Source: Sarea resinae (lineage: Eukaryota). From it: a DNA stretch of 64,000 nt. The DNA lies in assembly GCA_026026165.1 (NCBI GenBank), contig JAPEUD010000036.1, positions 62,001-126,000 on the forward strand, written 5' to 3'. How positions within the stretch are numbered: position 1 is the first letter of the stretch; the number at the start of each line of letters is the position of its first letter. Made by a program: the position numbers and the translations under genes. The notes beneath the pieces were generated by a model that did not search any database, was not told the DNA's origin, and was given only the letters and a program-made list of their open reading frames with translations. This document shows positions 1 through 11,909 of this stretch, piece after piece.

Positions 1-1325
1 GCTTTTGCAATAGTCTCACGGAGAGCACTTGACGAATTAGAAGTCTTTCGCGCTTCAACGGCTGGCGTAGGATGTTTCGATGGCGTCAGAGATTTCGATG
101 GCGTCGGAGGTTTCGATGGCGTAAGGGGTTTCGGAGATCTCTTCGCTGATGCTCCCGATACCGATGTATTGGAGGAGCGTGGTGAGACCACAGGAGAGGG
201 ATCTGCCGAACGCGGCTCTGAGGGCGCCGGAGACACATTTGCCTTAGGGAGATTGCCGAAAAGTCCGTTCAGAGAGGGTCTAGACCTCGGAGGTCTGATC
301 ATCATGCTCTTGCTCCCTTTGGGGAGCGGCGAAGTCTTCTTCATCTGATTTGAGGCAGCAGAAGCAGGCCTTGCTGTTAATCCAGTATCTGTCCCAGAGT
401 ATTGAGACCTATTTGGAGTTGCACTTGGCACTTGACCCGGTTTCAACGAGCTCGCAAAGCTACCTCTGCTATATGAAGAGCTAACGTTTCGCTTCCCCAT
501 TGTTGGCAGCGAGGGTCGGGGACGCACAGAAGATGATTTCGGCACAGCAGGGGCCTTTGTTGGCGAGGCAGGCCGAGCGGGCTGGCGACCAGTCCCGAGG
601 TAGTTTCCGAGACTTGACCCCGATCTGCTGTTATTACTCATCGCCGACGCCGGTCTAGAGGGGGGGCGCATAGGACTCTCCCCAGAGAAGAAGCTCGATC
701 TTCTTCTCCGACTAGAAGGGGACGGTGGGACCTGTGAAATTGTCTCCATAGTTCGTTCTGAAAGGGATGGCCGTCCATGACGACGTATACTGGGCATTTC
801 TTGGTTGCTCTCTTCATCGAAGACATCAAATCCTGATTGACTCGGCCCATCTGCAATGCCCTCCCCTTCTATTCCATACCTTCCACTCTGACTGGATGGA
901 GGTCTGGAACAATTTTGCTGACGTGATGAAGGTCTTGATAAGTTTTGCTGACGAGATGATGGTCTTGATGTGTTCTGCTGACGAGATGGTGGCCTCAATG
1001 TCGGTTTCTTGAAAACGAACTCTTCGTTCTTCTTTTTCTCTGCGACGCTGCTTCGGGAAGGTGACGTAGTACCAGGTGAGACCTTCCTGAAGCCTGAGAT
1101 GCTTCTTCTATCCGCAGGTGCTCTCGGTCTTGTCGAGGCGGAAAGGCTGTCTCGAGAATGCGGGCTGCGTAGTGTATTTACGGGGACACCTGGATCTGCC
1201 GCCAACTTCTCTCTCGAAGGCGATGGGCGAAGAGCGTTTGTCAACCCTGTGCGCGGAACAGGTAACCTCGACAGGCGTGGGATCTGGGATCGCCTATTCT
1301 GCCCTTGGGTCGTTGTTTGGTCCAT
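1..1325 (-). CDS. 5' part of a large Ser/Pro/Arg-rich fungal protein, probably the N-terminus of a conserved fungal leucine-rich-repeat protein (runs off the window)
   Basis: Frame from ATG 1325 (MDQTTTQGQNRRSQIPRLSRLPVP...) via RPSLSERTMETISQVPPSPSSRRRRSSFF to SSSALRETIAKA at the window edge; translated manually in part and absent from the ORF track, consistent with no stop in the window. I associate these motifs with fungal LRR proteins, but the LRRs themselves are not in the window. Confidence 0.6.
   Translation of the reverse strand, partial: MDQTTTQGQNRRSQIPRLSRLPVPRTGLTNALRPSPSREKLAADPGVPVNTLRSPHSRDSLSASTRPRAPADRRSISGFRKVSPGTTSPSRSSVAEKKKNEEFVFKKPTLRPPSRQQNTSRPSSRQQNLSRPSSRQQNCSRPPSSQSGRYGIEGEGIADGPSQSGFDVFDEESNQEMPSIRRHGRPSLSERTMETISQVPPSPSSRRRRSSFFSGESPMRPPSRPASAMSNNSRSGSSLGNYLGTGRQPARPASPTKAPAVPKSSSVRPRPSLPTMGKRNVSSSYSRGSFASSLKPGQVPSATPNRSQYSGTDTGLTARPASAASNQMKKTSPLPKGSKSMMIRPPRSRPSLNGLFGNLPKANVSPAPSEPRSADPSPVVSPRSSNTSVSGASAKRSPKPLTPSKPPTPSKSLTPSKHPTPAVEARKTSNSSSALRETIAK
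888..996 (-). repeat. 30-nt coding tandem repeat (RP[P/S]SRQQNxS x ~3.5)
   Basis: RPPSRQQNTS RPSSRQQNLS RPSSRQQNCS RPPSSQ; an 18-nt PSKxxT repeat also lies at ~75-130. Confidence 0.8.
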
Positions 1326-1623
1326 GCTGAAAGCAATCCCTTTCTGGGTACTATGTCAGCATCTCTTTCCGTACACGTGCCCGGGCGGGTGGCAGTCCAG
1401 CAGCATAACGTACCTTTCGCGTCTTGCTGAGATACTCGCCTGTGAGTTTTTCTGCAGGTTCCTTCAGGATGGATGCAATTGTCTTTTAGGTGAGATCACC
1501 GTCATGGCAACGTCAATCAATGCCCCTCAACGGTCGAAAGCAAGGGCCCGATGGTGATGTGTGGAGGACACACCGCTCCGTTGCGGCTCTGCGACTCCCC
1601 GGCTTAATTGCTGAGGACCCTTT

Positions 1624-1670
1624 TTGGTGGTGTTGGTGGTGTTGGTGGTGTTGGTGGTTGCTGGTGGTTG
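1624..1670. repeat. (TTGGTGGTG)n simple repeat
   Basis: Directly visible; about 5 units, degenerating at the right end. Confidence 0.85.
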
Positions 1671-2276
1671 CCGTTGTCTTGTTTACTCCTATCGGTTGCT
1701 CCGCTGGACCCAGATCCCAAAGCGGTCAAGTAAGGTTGGTCCGCCAATGAGAGGCCGGAAACGGCCTAAGGACGGCCCGCGCCCCGGTACCCGCGCCGCG
1801 CAGAGGCCATCGATCATTCATCTGCTCCAGCTTGGCCTCCCCTCCCACCCCCCCCAGCCTCCCTCATCTAAATCACCATAATCATACTCATCATCAACAC
1901 ACGACCTGGAACACAACACTCCAAACCTCACTCGACATCATCAGAACCCATCTTATGCTGATCGCATAAGTCATGCGATCCGCCAGACTCGGCTTGGAGC
2001 GACTATCCGGCATCTTGCGCCTCTAGAATTCAATCAGCGGTCAGCCGACAGCCTTTAGGCCGTTTGCAGCCTCCTGGGTCGCATACCTTCCAGCTTGCGA
2101 CGGAGCATTCATTCTTCGATTCATTTCTTGTTTGGACGACAATAGAAGCAGCGCCTGTAAGTGCTCTTCGGTCCCGCGTTTGCGCGTTGACGTATTGGGC
2201 TAATTGACGTGTCCCTGCAGGTATTGCGTTGACTGACATACTATACCGGTATCCAACATTTTCTCAATCTACCAAA

Positions 2277-3866
2277 ATGAGCTCTCAAGAAGACCCGTCG
2301 CTATCGCAGTCGTCTCTTGCGCCTGCGCCAGAGCTGTCGGTCCCTCGCACTCCATCACCTGCGTACGCATCTCTTCCGGACCACCTCTCTTCCCCTAGCC
2401 CCGCCAGAGCGCTTTCGAGCTCCCAAGCATCGCGGGTCGAGCATATCAAATACGAATCTCCTCCGCCGGAAGCTGCTTCGATGACACCCCCGCCATCCTC
2501 TCAACCTGGGCAGGCGGAGACCTCCATGATTCTGCCGAATGTCCGCACGCCTACTCCACCAATATCTCTGTTATCATCTCCACCACCCACAAACACGGTT
2601 GCTTCAACATCTATGGGCATCTTCAATGCATTCCCGACACCCGAGCAGGTCGCTGCAGCTTCCCCTGTTGAGCTTCAATCAATGGTGAACGAGTTGAGCT
2701 CGACCGTCAAAGCGGCTCGCATGGCAGAGGCCCACTACAAACTGCAGCACAGCCTACTCAGTATCGAGACAAGTGAAGCTGCGAAGCGCATGGAAGTCGA
2801 GCACGAAATGACTCGACGTGAGGTAGACCTTCTGAGAAGCCACGAGCAGCAGCGTCAAAACAGCGTCTATTCCCCAATGCTGAGGCAGAAAGAGACGCCG
2901 CAGACGCCATCCCGTCGGGAGTACGAGTTGGAGATGCTCTGCAAATCGCTTCAGTCAGAACACGATGCTCTTCGAAGAAGGCTCAGGAGCGCCAAGAAGC
3001 TTCTATTGATGAAGGACGACGAGAACACTCTCCTTGCTGAGGAGAATCAGCACCTACGCCGCCGCATCAAGGATAATCGGGAGCACTTGAATCGTCTTCG
3101 TGGGCCCGGCGGTATTTATGAGGCAATGACCCCCCGCACAGAGCCTGGGACTTCGCAACGCAATACTCCTCGCCACTTTGAAGCTGCTCGCCCAAGCCGT
3201 CTGGAGCACCGTCGTGGCGATGGCGAAGACAAATTTGCATTCCTTCTTGCTGCAGATCAAGTCCTTAGCCAAAACCAGGACAACGCAAGCGCTCCCACGA
3301 CACCCATCAGAAATCGGCCTTCGAAACAGCATTCGAGCCATACCCGGGGGGCCCATTCTTTGTCTTCATTCCCTTCAACCCCACAGAGCGCACCCCGTGA
3401 AGTAGGAGAACGTGCTGGTCTTTCCGTGAATCCGGTCTTCAGCGATGGACAAGACTGGTCCCAGCGCTTTCAAGAGTCTGCTCCGACAACGGCAACCGAG
3501 GAACAACGCAAACGAGAGGACAGAGACAGTACGATATCTGCATCCGACAACTCGGACGATGGAGATGAAGGCTTCATTGATGAGGAAACGGTCCCAGAAT
3601 CCGGAGCTAGCCAGAGTGCAGTCAATATGCTTCGTCATTCCCCGACACGGGAATTCGAAATATTAGGAACCCCAACTACAGTCGAGCGATCTGATGGACT
3701 CCTGCAGAGCAAACTGTTTGGACAGGTGAAGAAGGCTGGCTACGACCAGAAAGGCTACCATGGGAAGAGAAAGGCTGGATATGAGGCAAATGAGACACAT
3801 TCGAAAAGAAGGGCAGGCGAAGGCGTTGGGCTAGGGATTGGTGGATGGGGTAGTCCTAGGCGCTGA
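2277..3866 (+). CDS. Conserved fungal hypothetical protein, disordered with central coiled coil
   Basis: Intronless ORF, ATG at 2277 in CAAAATG context; coiled coil ...AHYKLQHSLLSIETSEAAKRMEVEHEMTRREV...; no enzyme motif seen. Confidence 0.8.
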   Translation: MSSQEDPSLSQSSLAPAPELSVPRTPSPAYASLPDHLSSPSPARALSSSQASRVEHIKYESPPPEAASMTPPPSSQPGQAETSMILPNVRTPTPPISLLSSPPPTNTVASTSMGIFNAFPTPEQVAAASPVELQSMVNELSSTVKAARMAEAHYKLQHSLLSIETSEAAKRMEVEHEMTRREVDLLRSHEQQRQNSVYSPMLRQKETPQTPSRREYELEMLCKSLQSEHDALRRRLRSAKKLLLMKDDENTLLAEENQHLRRRIKDNREHLNRLRGPGGIYEAMTPRTEPGTSQRNTPRHFEAARPSRLEHRRGDGEDKFAFLLAADQVLSQNQDNASAPTTPIRNRPSKQHSSHTRGAHSLSSFPSTPQSAPREVGERAGLSVNPVFSDGQDWSQRFQESAPTTATEEQRKREDRDSTISASDNSDDGDEGFIDEETVPESGASQSAVNMLRHSPTREFEILGTPTTVERSDGLLQSKLFGQVKKAGYDQKGYHGKRKAGYEANETHSKRRAGEGVGLGIGGWGSPRR

Positions 3867-4577
3867 GTTGGAGCATCTTGGTTGCTACTCAATCCTAACA
3901 CTTTCATGATGGTTTGGGTTTGGGCTTAGGTTTGGATATGGGATTGGACACGGAACATTCGTCATCTCCCTTCAAATTCCGGTACTTCGAATTATTGGGC
4001 GTCTAGAGCTGAAGGCCCTTCATGAGGAAGCCGTTTGGCAATGACGATTGGGCTTACGAATGAACGATATGGAATGCTTTGGTGCAGGTTTGGGAATAAG
4101 AGGCAAGATATCACGAACGGCGATCCTTTATTAGTATATGAAGTAGATAATTAATGATACGATAGACGAGATGTAACTGCTAGGATACGCCGACTCCGAC
4201 TCGATCTCTTCAATTGTCAACCTGGAAGCTCCCATCTCATGCCGTAAACGGAAAGAAGTTGCTACTACGTGTACTCCGTAGATGGTGATAGTAGTGATGA
4301 CTAAGTCATTGAAGAGTCGGGTGCGAGTACTCCAGAGTACTCGGTACCTACTCCGAGTACACTGAGAGCGCTTCCTTTTTCCTGAGGCTTAGGGCTCAGG
4401 GCTCCACCCACTTAGCGAAATGCGGCTCTGCACACAAACCGGCACCTCACCAGTCCCATCTAAGCGAGGAATCGAGAGATTGGAGATTTTGGTAACCAGA
4501 CAGGCGACTCGCTCAGCGACAGCGACAACGACATCGACAATCGCCCAACGCCGAGGATTTGATTGCCATCCGCCAAA

Positions 4578-5558
4578 ATGGTATGTCGAGCCCCTTCCAC
4601 GATGACGAGAATAGCCTTTGAGTTATTGGAAGAGAAATGCTATCGTTCGATTGCGAAAGCAGAGGAGGGTCATGGCTAACGGCTTCGTTTTCTACAACAG
4701 ACAATCAAGCACAACCAGCAGATCCAGCACAACCGTGAGTGCAACAATTCAAGTCATCGCAACTCAGATAGAAGACTCACACTTTCCAGATTTCCGAAAG
4801 GATTGGCAGCGTCGCGTCCGCACGCATTTCGACCAGGTAATATACCTTCTGGAATCCTCGCTATGAGGTCTCAATCGAACGAAAGAATTCGCATTCTGAC
4901 ACAGTCTTCCTCTCCAGCCCGGTCGTAAGCAGCGCCGCCGCAATGCGCGTCTTACCAAGGCCGCAACCCTCGCTCCTCGTCCCGTAGACAAGCTCCGCCC
5001 CGTCGTGCGATGCCCCTCAATCAAATACAACCGCCGCGTGAGAGCTGGCCGTGGCTTCACCTTCGATGAGCTAAAGGTACATAGATGCCGCCATAATCCC
5101 TCGTTCGAGCTATAATTTTCTCACACTTTGCGTCACAGGAAGCTGGCATCCCCCGCAAGCTTGCACCCACTATCGGCATCTCTGTCGACCACCGCCGCAA
5201 GAACCTCTCCGACGAGTCCCTCGCCGCCAATGTCGAGCGCCTCAAGGCTTTCCGTGCCCGTTTGATCCTCTTCCCCCGCCGCATCGGCCAGCACAAGAAA
5301 GAAGACGCTGCTCCCGACGCCGTCAAGGCTGCCAAGGCTGGCGAAGGCATCACCCGCTCCCTCGGCGCCATCCTCCCCATCAAGAACGTCACATCCATCG
5401 GCGAGGCTTTCTCCGAGCGCAGCACCTCCGAGGTGGGCAAGGGCGAGGAGAACGCTTACCGAAGACTCCGAGAAGCCCGAAGCGAGGCACGGTTGGTTGG
5501 TGTGCGAGAGAAGAGGGCCAAGGCCAAGGCCGACGAGGCCGCTGCTGCCAAGAAATAA
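4578..5558 (+). CDS. RPL13: 60S ribosomal protein L13 (eL13)
   Basis: Exons 4578-4580, 4701-4734, 4790-4836, 4918-5076, 5139-5558 give [32 protein letters not shown]...[19 protein letters not shown]...[13 protein letters not shown]; all introns GT-AG. Confidence 0.98.
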
Positions 5559-5887
5559 GCAAAGTTCGCGCCATAGAAATAGAGCGTTTAACTTTCCTTG
5601 TCCTTCTTGTCGGTCTGTGTTCTCGGGAGAATTGGTCTGGTCGTGTGTGATGGCGACTTGTGAAGATGAGGCGTGGGGACATTTCCATAGCTGGTCTCGT
5701 CTGGCCGCTGCTGTGGCTTACACTCTGCATGTGGTGTGTGTGGGATGTGAGTGTTGTGCGTCTGAATAAGAAAATCCCTGGCGATGATGGCGGGACAACC
5801 TGGCAGATGTAAACTCTTTCCTCGACGAATTCAAAATTAACAATGAACTACGAGTTTTTTCTACAATCTACGAACCAGCTCCGCTGA

Positions 5888-5940
5888 GTGAAGCTGTGAA
5901 GCTGTGAAGCTGTGAAGCTGTGAAGCTGTGAAGCCGTGAA
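5888..5940. repeat. (GTGAAGCT)n 8-mer tandem repeat; 17-bp direct repeat CCTTAATGGAGTCTCGA x2 nearby (~5992-6026)
   Basis: Directly visible between convergent genes. Confidence 0.9.
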
Positions 5941-6752
5941 GACATGAAGCCATGAAGCCGAGAACATATGAGCAAAAATGTGATAGAGCATGCCTTAATG
6001 GAGTCTCGACCTTAATGGAGTCTCGAAGCTGTAGTACCGCACTAAACATAATTCCTACTCTACAACGCTCCTGTGTCTTTGAGAAAAATAGGTAGCAAGG
6101 ACCCCGGGATACCCAAGCCATCGACAAGAAAAGTAAAAGAAAGGAATACAAAACGAAGAGCAACAAAAGCCTGGAAGCCGCCGTCGTCCATTCCAAACAA
6201 AACAGCGCAAGAATATTACCCAAAGGCATGGTATGGCACGGTATGGCACGGAACGCACACAAACACACACACGCCCAGAACACCGACTCTCCATCCATAC
6301 CCACCCCGGATTCCCCCCTGTCATATTCCAACCGCCTGAACCTTTCCTTTGGCTGTCCTTCTAATCCTACTCTGCATACGGCTCTTCCTCCCCGTTCTGA
6401 TTCTGATTCTGCTTCCTTTGCTTTCTTTTATGGATTACCTGACTTATGCACCTCTTCGCCACCCCACGTCCTTTTTCTTCGAATTGAGCGGCTGGAGGGA
6501 GGGAAAAGATATTGGATGCTGGGTATGAGGTGTGTGTGTTTGGTGCGTGCGTGTGTAAAATCTCACTCACTCACTCACTCACTCGTGCGTGCATTTGGCG
6601 TGACGAGGAGGACCGGACTGCCCATTCCAAGACCAACACGTCGACTCCATCTCCTCCACCGCCTCAATGAAATCATACGCTCGTACTCGAAGACCCATTA
6701 TCGTTTTCGTTTTCGTTTATCCTCGTTATCAATGGACGATCTCAGCTAGCTA

Positions 6753-9315
6753 TCACGCGTCGAACAAGACCGCTATGACGCCTTCGACGGCGCCAAAGAC
6801 GCCGAGCTGCTCCACTAGCTGCGAGAACATGGCTGGGATCTTCGAGAGGGTTTTGCGCCGGGCGTCGGCTACGTGGTCTGTTTTTGTTTTGTTGTTGGTG
6901 AGCGAGTTGGCTTTTTATTCGGGTTTGGGAGTCTTGGGTGTGTTTTTGATGCTTGGGGGAGGGGAGGGGAGGGGAGGGGAGGGGCTGAGACGTTGAGGGT
7001 GGAAGAGTTGGTGGAATGGAGATGTTGGAGGAGGGGTGGGGAAAGAGAAAGGAGGGAGAGAGTTGATGAAATAGGGACTTACAAGAAGTGGGAAACGAGG
7101 CATGTGCCTCGATACGCGATTCCGCGATCGAGGTCGGGGCGTGCAGGGAGATCGCCCATGTTATTGTCAGGCTAGCGTTGGGGCTAGAGGCGGACGTAGA
7201 TGTGAATGTCAAGTTGCGGATGGGCAGGTTATAGGCCAGGAGCGTCCGCTGCAAAGGCCGTTGTCTTCGTTGTTGGGAAGCGTGCCCTGTTTCTTCCCCA
7301 TCATTGTCATCGCTATTGCCTTCGTCTTCGTCTTCCATGCGTCTCGCGCCAGCAGAATTTCCTTTCGGTCTTCCACGAGCTCTGGGCGGTATCCCAGCCT
7401 GCGCTGTTGGCTGCACAGTATCCTCTTCTCCTAGAAGGTGTGCGAACTTCTCCCGACACCTGATCCAGCATTTCGCTCTCTTGACACAGAGATCCCAGTA
7501 CTCGCCCACCGCGTAACAGACACCGGGTATGTCGAACCCCTGGACGAGATCTCCGAGGGCGCGAGCGCGGATGTAGGCGCCGAGTTCGTGCTCGGCCCAG
7601 GGGCTCAGAGACACGAGGGTTAAAGACGTTGCTTTTGGCCCTTGCTGCGGGCTCCCCTGGGCGAGGTGGGTGGAAGTCGTGAAGGAGAGGGTCGCAGTTA
7701 GGAGAGAGGAGGGCGATGTTAGTGTGAGGGTCTGTCGATGGCGCAACGCTTGAGTGGCAGAGGGGATGAGTGTGGTTTTGGAGGAGAGAGTAAGGGGCGT
7801 GAACAGTTGAAGATGTGGGAGGGGATTTGGGAGGTGTAGAGGGCGGTGCGAGGGCGGTAATGATGTTTCTGTGTTCGTAGAGGAGCTAGCTACTTGGTTT
7901 GACGACTGCGGAGTGGGAGGTAGCGTTCGGTGTGGTTCGGGCCAAGCTGAGAAGGGCAAGAACAGTGCTAGTGTGTCGGATAGCGAGAAGGAGGGCGGTT
8001 TCTTCGGCACTGCCGTGGTCTCTGCTGAGTCTTTTGAAGGCACGAGAAGGGATCTTGTTGGGAAGTCAGATGTTTCTTCTTTGACACGTTGTTCAGATGG
8101 GGAAGGGGTATTACAAAAGATCGGCAAGGTTCTCTTCCTGCTCTGGTAGTGCTTCTGGGTCCTGAGCTCGAGCGACAGCCGCTTCGCAGCGTCGCACTTC
8201 TTCTTGGAGTTTTGAAAGGGAAGTCAATAGGTGCGCTTTTAGCTGTCGTTTTGAAAGAATGGGGTTGTTGGGATCTTGCCCGGTATCCACAATGTCATGT
8301 CGACGGCGGATGCGGTTGGTACGGCCTGTTTAGACAAATGTTAGCTATAGGCGCTCGAATACTGGACTAGGTTCAAGGAAAGGATGATCACTGATCAAGT
8401 AACTCGGTTTGAGGAGGGGAACGACCAGGCGAACGAAATCGGTTTGAAGAGATGAAGGCAAGCCTTACGGTATAACTTTGTTCCATTATTCCCATTATCG
8501 ACAGTCGCTGGGTCCGGCAGCCTTATCAAAGTCTCCTGTTGTGAAGGGCCTTTTGGCTTCAATGGCGATGCACCATTTTTTGCTCCTTTCACCCTAGCCC
8601 TCTTCGGCCGCTTGCTCGGCGTATTCAGCAATCCCCTTGGTGGCGTCGTAATGATGGGATCTGCCAAGCCGCGCTGCGTGGGTGTAAGCGGAAGCTCTGG
8701 TTCCTCATCTTCGGTGTTATCTAGTTGCCCCTGTCGAATCTCCTCTTCACCCCGCGTCTGTTGTAGTATTCCTCGTTCTTGTGGCGATAGCAGATTCTCT
8801 TGTGCGGTCTCTGCTAGAACCTTTTCTCTCACAAGTTCTTTTGATGGTTGAAATACTTTCGATGGCGAGAGCGGCTGCCCGGGTGTTCGTGAACGCCTGG
8901 GTAAGGCTGATAGTCCCTGTCCAGGAGACCTCCCAAGTCGCGACGGGGTAGCTGGCGGCGGAGCTGCGGCGCGAGAATCGACCATTGCTTGTTCTTCGAC
9001 CTCCGGCGTAGCTGGTCTTGATCGCATCAAGCTACCATCCGTAGCAACCTCTTCCTGCCCTTGAGATATCCGCGCCGATTGCACTGAATTCGCGCTGTCT
9101 CTGCTGCTTGGTCTCTGTACATCATTCCCTGCTGAGCGCGGTCTGGGGAGCAATCCCGGATTGAAGCGCGAGAGACTCGCTTTGGTCGGAGAGAGGTAGG
9201 AGGCATGGCTCGATGTTGGACGACGTGGAGAAGGCGGAGGCGGGGTTCGGGTGGTGGTTTCAATTGCGACAGCAGTGGTAGGAGATGTTTTGCGACGCTT
9301 CGGGGGTGAGTCCAT
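6753..9315 (-). CDS. Probable kinetochore COMA subunit, CENP-P/Ctf19-like (disordered N-terminus, coiled coil, RWD-like C-terminus)
   Basis: Joins ORFs 8395..9315 and 6742..8127 via introns 8468-8326, a short intron near 8113-8055, and 7082-6878; C-terminus FPTSYHVADARRKTLSKIPAMFSQLVEQLGVFGAVEGVIAVLFDA*. Family call is by recalled pattern only. Confidence 0.6.
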
Positions 9316-9876
9316 TTGAGATTCGCGGCATTGAGTCGCACCACCCCTCTGATGAACCCGTGGATAAAGCTTTCCCGGTAGAGAGTCTGTCTAGTCGAGA
9401 TAGCTATGGCAATCGGCCAATGTTACCGAACGAGTTGAATGTTTTGTTGCTCATTGCGCGTTCTGTGGTGATACGCGTTCAAGCGCGCGAGGGGGGAGAC
9501 CCTGGATCGAGGATGCGGCGGTACGGAGCTCCAATCATGCCTTTCGTGCATAGATTATCGACCAATATCCCCACAAGAATATTCCCACATTTCGTCATCG
9601 CAACAATGATGCAGTACTGGATTTCTTCACCCGCTCTTCCGCGCTGAGTTTTGTCGCCACGATCCCTTATGTTTCTCTTCAGCGTATATCTCGAAGCCTT
9701 GTTATCTTTTCCGTACCATAGACCGGACGAATTATTTGATCATCGCGACGTCTCATAGCGTTGCCACCAAGCCGATGTTGTGCGATTGTTACAGATTCAC
9801 CCAGATCAGCCCGAGCAGATAGCCCAGGTCGTCTTACTGCGAACACAGAGTGAGAATCCTACAATATTGGATAGCC

Positions 9877-10711
9877 ATGTGGGTAGCTTCAGGGGCTCTT
9901 AGAACCTCCTTATGTCCGAGTTGTCTACGACACTTCAACAAGCTCGAGTGTTCTCCGGGTTTTAGAACAGCCAGTCTTCAAAATAGCGACCGCGTGCAGA
10001 GAAGGCAAAAGAGCGAAGTCTCAAGGGCACGAAAGGAGCAGCAAGCAAATCCCATCAAGGGATACTACAAGCGTAATGTCGGCCTTCATCCAGTGATCCC
10101 TACGTCCCGCTAACGTCTTCCAAGTACTCCTCAACCAACCCCTCTACCAAGCACAGTCTGCTACGAGAACAGCACCCACTCCGCCTCCTACCGACAAATC
10201 CCCCAAGTCAGCCAAAGAAGAAAACCTAGCAAAAGCGCGAGTGGTCTTCGGCTCCCGACTTGCTGGTCCAGGAGAGCGTCGCGCCGAGCGCGCCCAGGAA
10301 GCAACGAACATTGCCGGTGTCATGGTACCCCCACGCCCCACGGAGCCAGACAATTGCTGTATGTCAGGGTGCGTGAATTGTGTTTGGGATCAGTTCCGCG
10401 ACGAGATCGAGGAGTGGGCTGCTCTGAATGCGCAGGCCAGACAGGCCTTGCAGAAACAGAGAGATGAAGGAAGGGGATCAGGGTTAATGCTAGAAGAAGC
10501 GAATAAGGGAGGGCCGACTCATGTTGCTGTCAGCATGGATGACGATGGTGGGGGAAGTGAATCAAATTGGAGGACGGGACTTGCACAAAGTATAGGAAAA
10601 ACCAAGGACGAGGATCTGTTTGCAGGTATTCCGGTAGGTATCAGAGAGTTCATGCGCACGGAAAAGAGGTTGAAGGAGAAGCACGAGAGAGAAGGAAGCA
10701 TAGGTGGGTAA
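9877..10711 (+). CDS. Oxidoreductase-like domain protein (Oxidored-like/OXLD1 type), probably mitochondrial
   Basis: Motif PPRPTEPDNCCMSGCVNCVWDQF and C-terminal IPVGIREFMRTEKRL; ATG 9877, one intron ~10073-10124 (GTAATG..GCTAAC..AAG). Confidence 0.85.
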
Positions 10712-10999
10712 GAGCGGGAAGAGCGGCATAATATCTGGGTCCATAGGGTTACGAGACTGCACTCAACGGCATGGGGATATCTCGCCCAGGCTGGGGCCGG
10801 GATGTCGTTTTGTAAGATCGCATAGCGATGCATAGCGACGTATCATACCAAGAAACATCATCAAAACATTGAGAGGTTCTTTCCGACACACATGGACGAG
10901 CAAACCCTTGCCCATATTGAACTGTTGTGCAAAATCTGACACCTATTCGTACACTAGACTCCAGGGAAATGATGAATCAAAAGCCACATATCCATATCT

Positions 11000-11436
11000 C
11001 TACTCAACGTCGATGCCTCTCTTTCGCAGGTCTGCCCGAGCCTCGTCGATTTCCTTCATCAATTCGGCATGCGCCTCAGGCACGTCATTGAACGTAAACA
11101 CACCCCAGCCAAGCTTGAAGAGGAGGTATGAACCAAATGAAACGAGAGCCCAGAGAGGGAGCTGCACGGAACTGTTAGCAATGCCTTGTGAACTTGCGCC
11201 ATATGGGAAGCACAGTCTCTGGGAGTGAAATGGAATTGTACTCGAGGAGGGACTTACAACAGGAATGATCTCGTCCTGGATCTTCGCAGGGAAAGGAATG
11301 AGGCCAAGAAAGCAGACCAAATACAGCTGTAGAGTGTTAGAAAAGTATGGCAGTGAAGAGTCAAATAATCTCGTAAAATTGCACATACAGAGGATGCCAG
11401 AAGGGCAAAACTGATGGTTTGCAGTGCGCGTGTCAT
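11000..11436 (-). CDS. DPM3: Dolichol-phosphate mannosyltransferase subunit 3
   Basis: Three exons: MTRALQTISFALLASS / LYLVCFLGLIPFPAKIQDEIIPV / LPLWALVSFGSYLLFKLGWGVFTFNDVPEAHAELMKEIDEARADLRKRGIDVE*. Confidence 0.93.
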
Positions 11437-11909
11437 AATGAGGTCTGACTTTGGGACTGGTTGCCGGAAATGTCCAAGTAGGAGTGAGGCTAGAAAAGTG
11501 TCGAGGAGGGAAAGACAAAGGTCCAAATGAGTGACTGAGGGTAGAAAAGAGAGAATGAGGTGCGAAAATTGACGGTAGCTGAAGGTGTTGCAGGACTTTG
11601 GTATCATGGGTTGTGATGGTTCCTCCTGAAGGCAGACTGGCAACGTAACATATTCGCATGAACATGAAAGTACTCAGTACCGAAGGACAAATGACTCTTT
11701 TGCTGTCGTCTCCAAGATCTCCACCAAATATGGTGTGATCCAACTGCGAGTATACCAAGGCTCCAGGTACTGGAAACTTCCGATTATCATCGCCAGGGAT
11801 CGAATTTCGCAACCTATTCCAAGTCTATGGGGTACTACTCACTACGCTTAAAGCCTACCCTTCTGTGCAACCTCACGGACCCTGAGTGAATGTGCGGACT
11901 GGACAATGA

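Noticed and set aside
2277..3866. Oxidoreductase label I recall being attached to similar proteins
   Set aside because: No Rossmann/FAD-binding fold evident; sequence is disordered plus coiled coil.
5888..5940. CRISPR-like array (also 37544-37634, 55081-55128)
   Set aside because: Simple tandem repeats without spacers, in a eukaryotic genome.
11000..11812. 270-aa ORF as one protein
   Set aside because: Reads through promoter and introns; only the spliced DPM3 part is supported.
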